Origin: Callorhinchus milii
Lineage: Eukaryota
NCBI RefSeq assembly: GCF_018977255.1
Contig: NW_024704743.1
Location: 52,206,001 to 52,270,000 of the forward strand
Length of the DNA stretch: 64,000 nucleotides
Direction: 5' to 3'
The translations under genes and the position numbers were made by a program. This document shows, piece by piece, positions 62,881 to 64,000 of the stretch (positions within the stretch are counted from its first letter, which is position 1; each line of letters starts with the position of its first letter). Below the pieces are notes generated by a model that saw nothing but the letters and a program-made list of their open reading frames with translations, searched no databases and was not told the DNA's origin.

Positions 62881-62992
62881 TACTTCATTCTATCTTGAAG
62901 ACAATATTGTAATTTGTGTTTACAGCTGCATGCCAGAAAATGTGATGACCTGAGACATCTTTTTGTGGATCTTTACCATGCTTGATACTGAG

Positions 62993-63370
62993 GTGTCAGT
63001 CTGGCTCAGTTTGTAGCATTCTTGCCTCGGGGTCAGAGGATTGTGGGTTCAAGCCCCGCATTGGAACCAGAAACTTGTGGTCCAGTGACACTCAAGTGTA
63101 ATGAATCATTGTCCCAGGTGCCATCATTTAGGTGAGCCTGTTCAGGAAGAAACTAAAGATTTATCAAAAGGATGAACTAAAGATTCTGTGAAACTATTCA
63201 AAAAGAGAAATGAGTTTCTTCTGGCCAACAATCCTCCAGAAAAAAATAAAATTTTTAATTCAATTTCATGGCTGTTTGTGGGACTGTAGATACATGGGAC
63301 TTTTCAATGCCCAGGGATGTCCTCTCAATGTGAAAGGTGCTATACAAATGTAATTTGTTATTGTTGTCGT
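62993..63370 (+). mobile_element. Degenerate Deu-SINE ending in an L2-type tail
   Basis: Head GTGTCAGTCTGGCTCAGTTTGTAGC, partial core, tail GAAAGGTGCTATACAAATGTAA(TTG)n. Confidence 0.75.
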
Positions 63371-64000
63371 TATCCTTTATCAAAAGGATGAACTTAGTAA
63401 ACCTAATTGCCATTTCGTATTTCTCTGGTTGGTCTCTGTCCTAGTTTCTGGACGTGGGTTGTTTTTTACCTTTTGTTTCCAATAGCTGAGAGCCATGGCT
63501 CTCTCTGCTTTTTTTCACTAGTTTCTGCTTGTCTTGTGTGTTGCTTTCCGATCTATCCACTGAGCACCAAGAGTAACACCACCATTGGCAAAGACATACA
63601 AATTAAACCAAAAGTTATCTGACTTTCACTGATATTCAGTTTCCAACAAATGTTTAGATTCTAGCTGGATGTTGTAAGAGATAAAACCTATGATCAGTCA
63701 TTTCTTCTTAATACATGGAATATATGCTCTTTATTCTCAGTTGTACTAAATAGTCTAACATGAAATAGCTCTGGCACGAGATCTGTTAATGTGGGCTTCA
63801 TCAAATTGGGAATTGAGTTAGCAGAAGTCTAAGTCTAGTATTAAAATATAACTCAATGTAAAAACAAAATAATTTGCATTTTTGTCTATGATACTGCTGA
63901 ATTCTACATACAGTGGTGGTGGGGAGGGTGTCAGGATTAGTGCAATATATTAAGTTATTTTGTTGGTGTCAATAATGCTCTTGATTATTCAATTCCAGCT

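Overview
Eukaryotic (vertebrate) genomic DNA, not prokaryotic. The repeat complement (Deu-domain SINEs resembling shark SacSINE1, L2 and CR1 LINEs, Penelope-like elements) suggests a cartilaginous fish; that is an inference. Only two protein-coding genes are supportable, arranged head to head as in human 5p15.33. NDUFS6 is on the minus strand: coding exons 1 (6519-6650) and 2 (674-727), with the rest off the left edge. MRPL36 is on the plus strand: single coding exon 13319-13669, with a probable non-coding first exon near 9.1 kb. Their shared promoter region (5.7-10.8 kb) is packed with four unrelated tandem repeats, one of which grew out of the 5' end of a SINE. The remaining ~50 kb has no recognisable coding exon. 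It is a mosaic of SINEs, truncated LINEs, a Penelope-like GIY-YIG element, a hAT-like MITE and some repeat-free AT-rich blocks that may be conserved enhancers. The most notable non-coding signals are three minimal hammerhead-ribozyme motifs in Penelope-like termini and a covarying 3' stem-loop shared by three retroposon families. Repeat boundaries are approximate (read by eye) unless target-site duplications are quoted.
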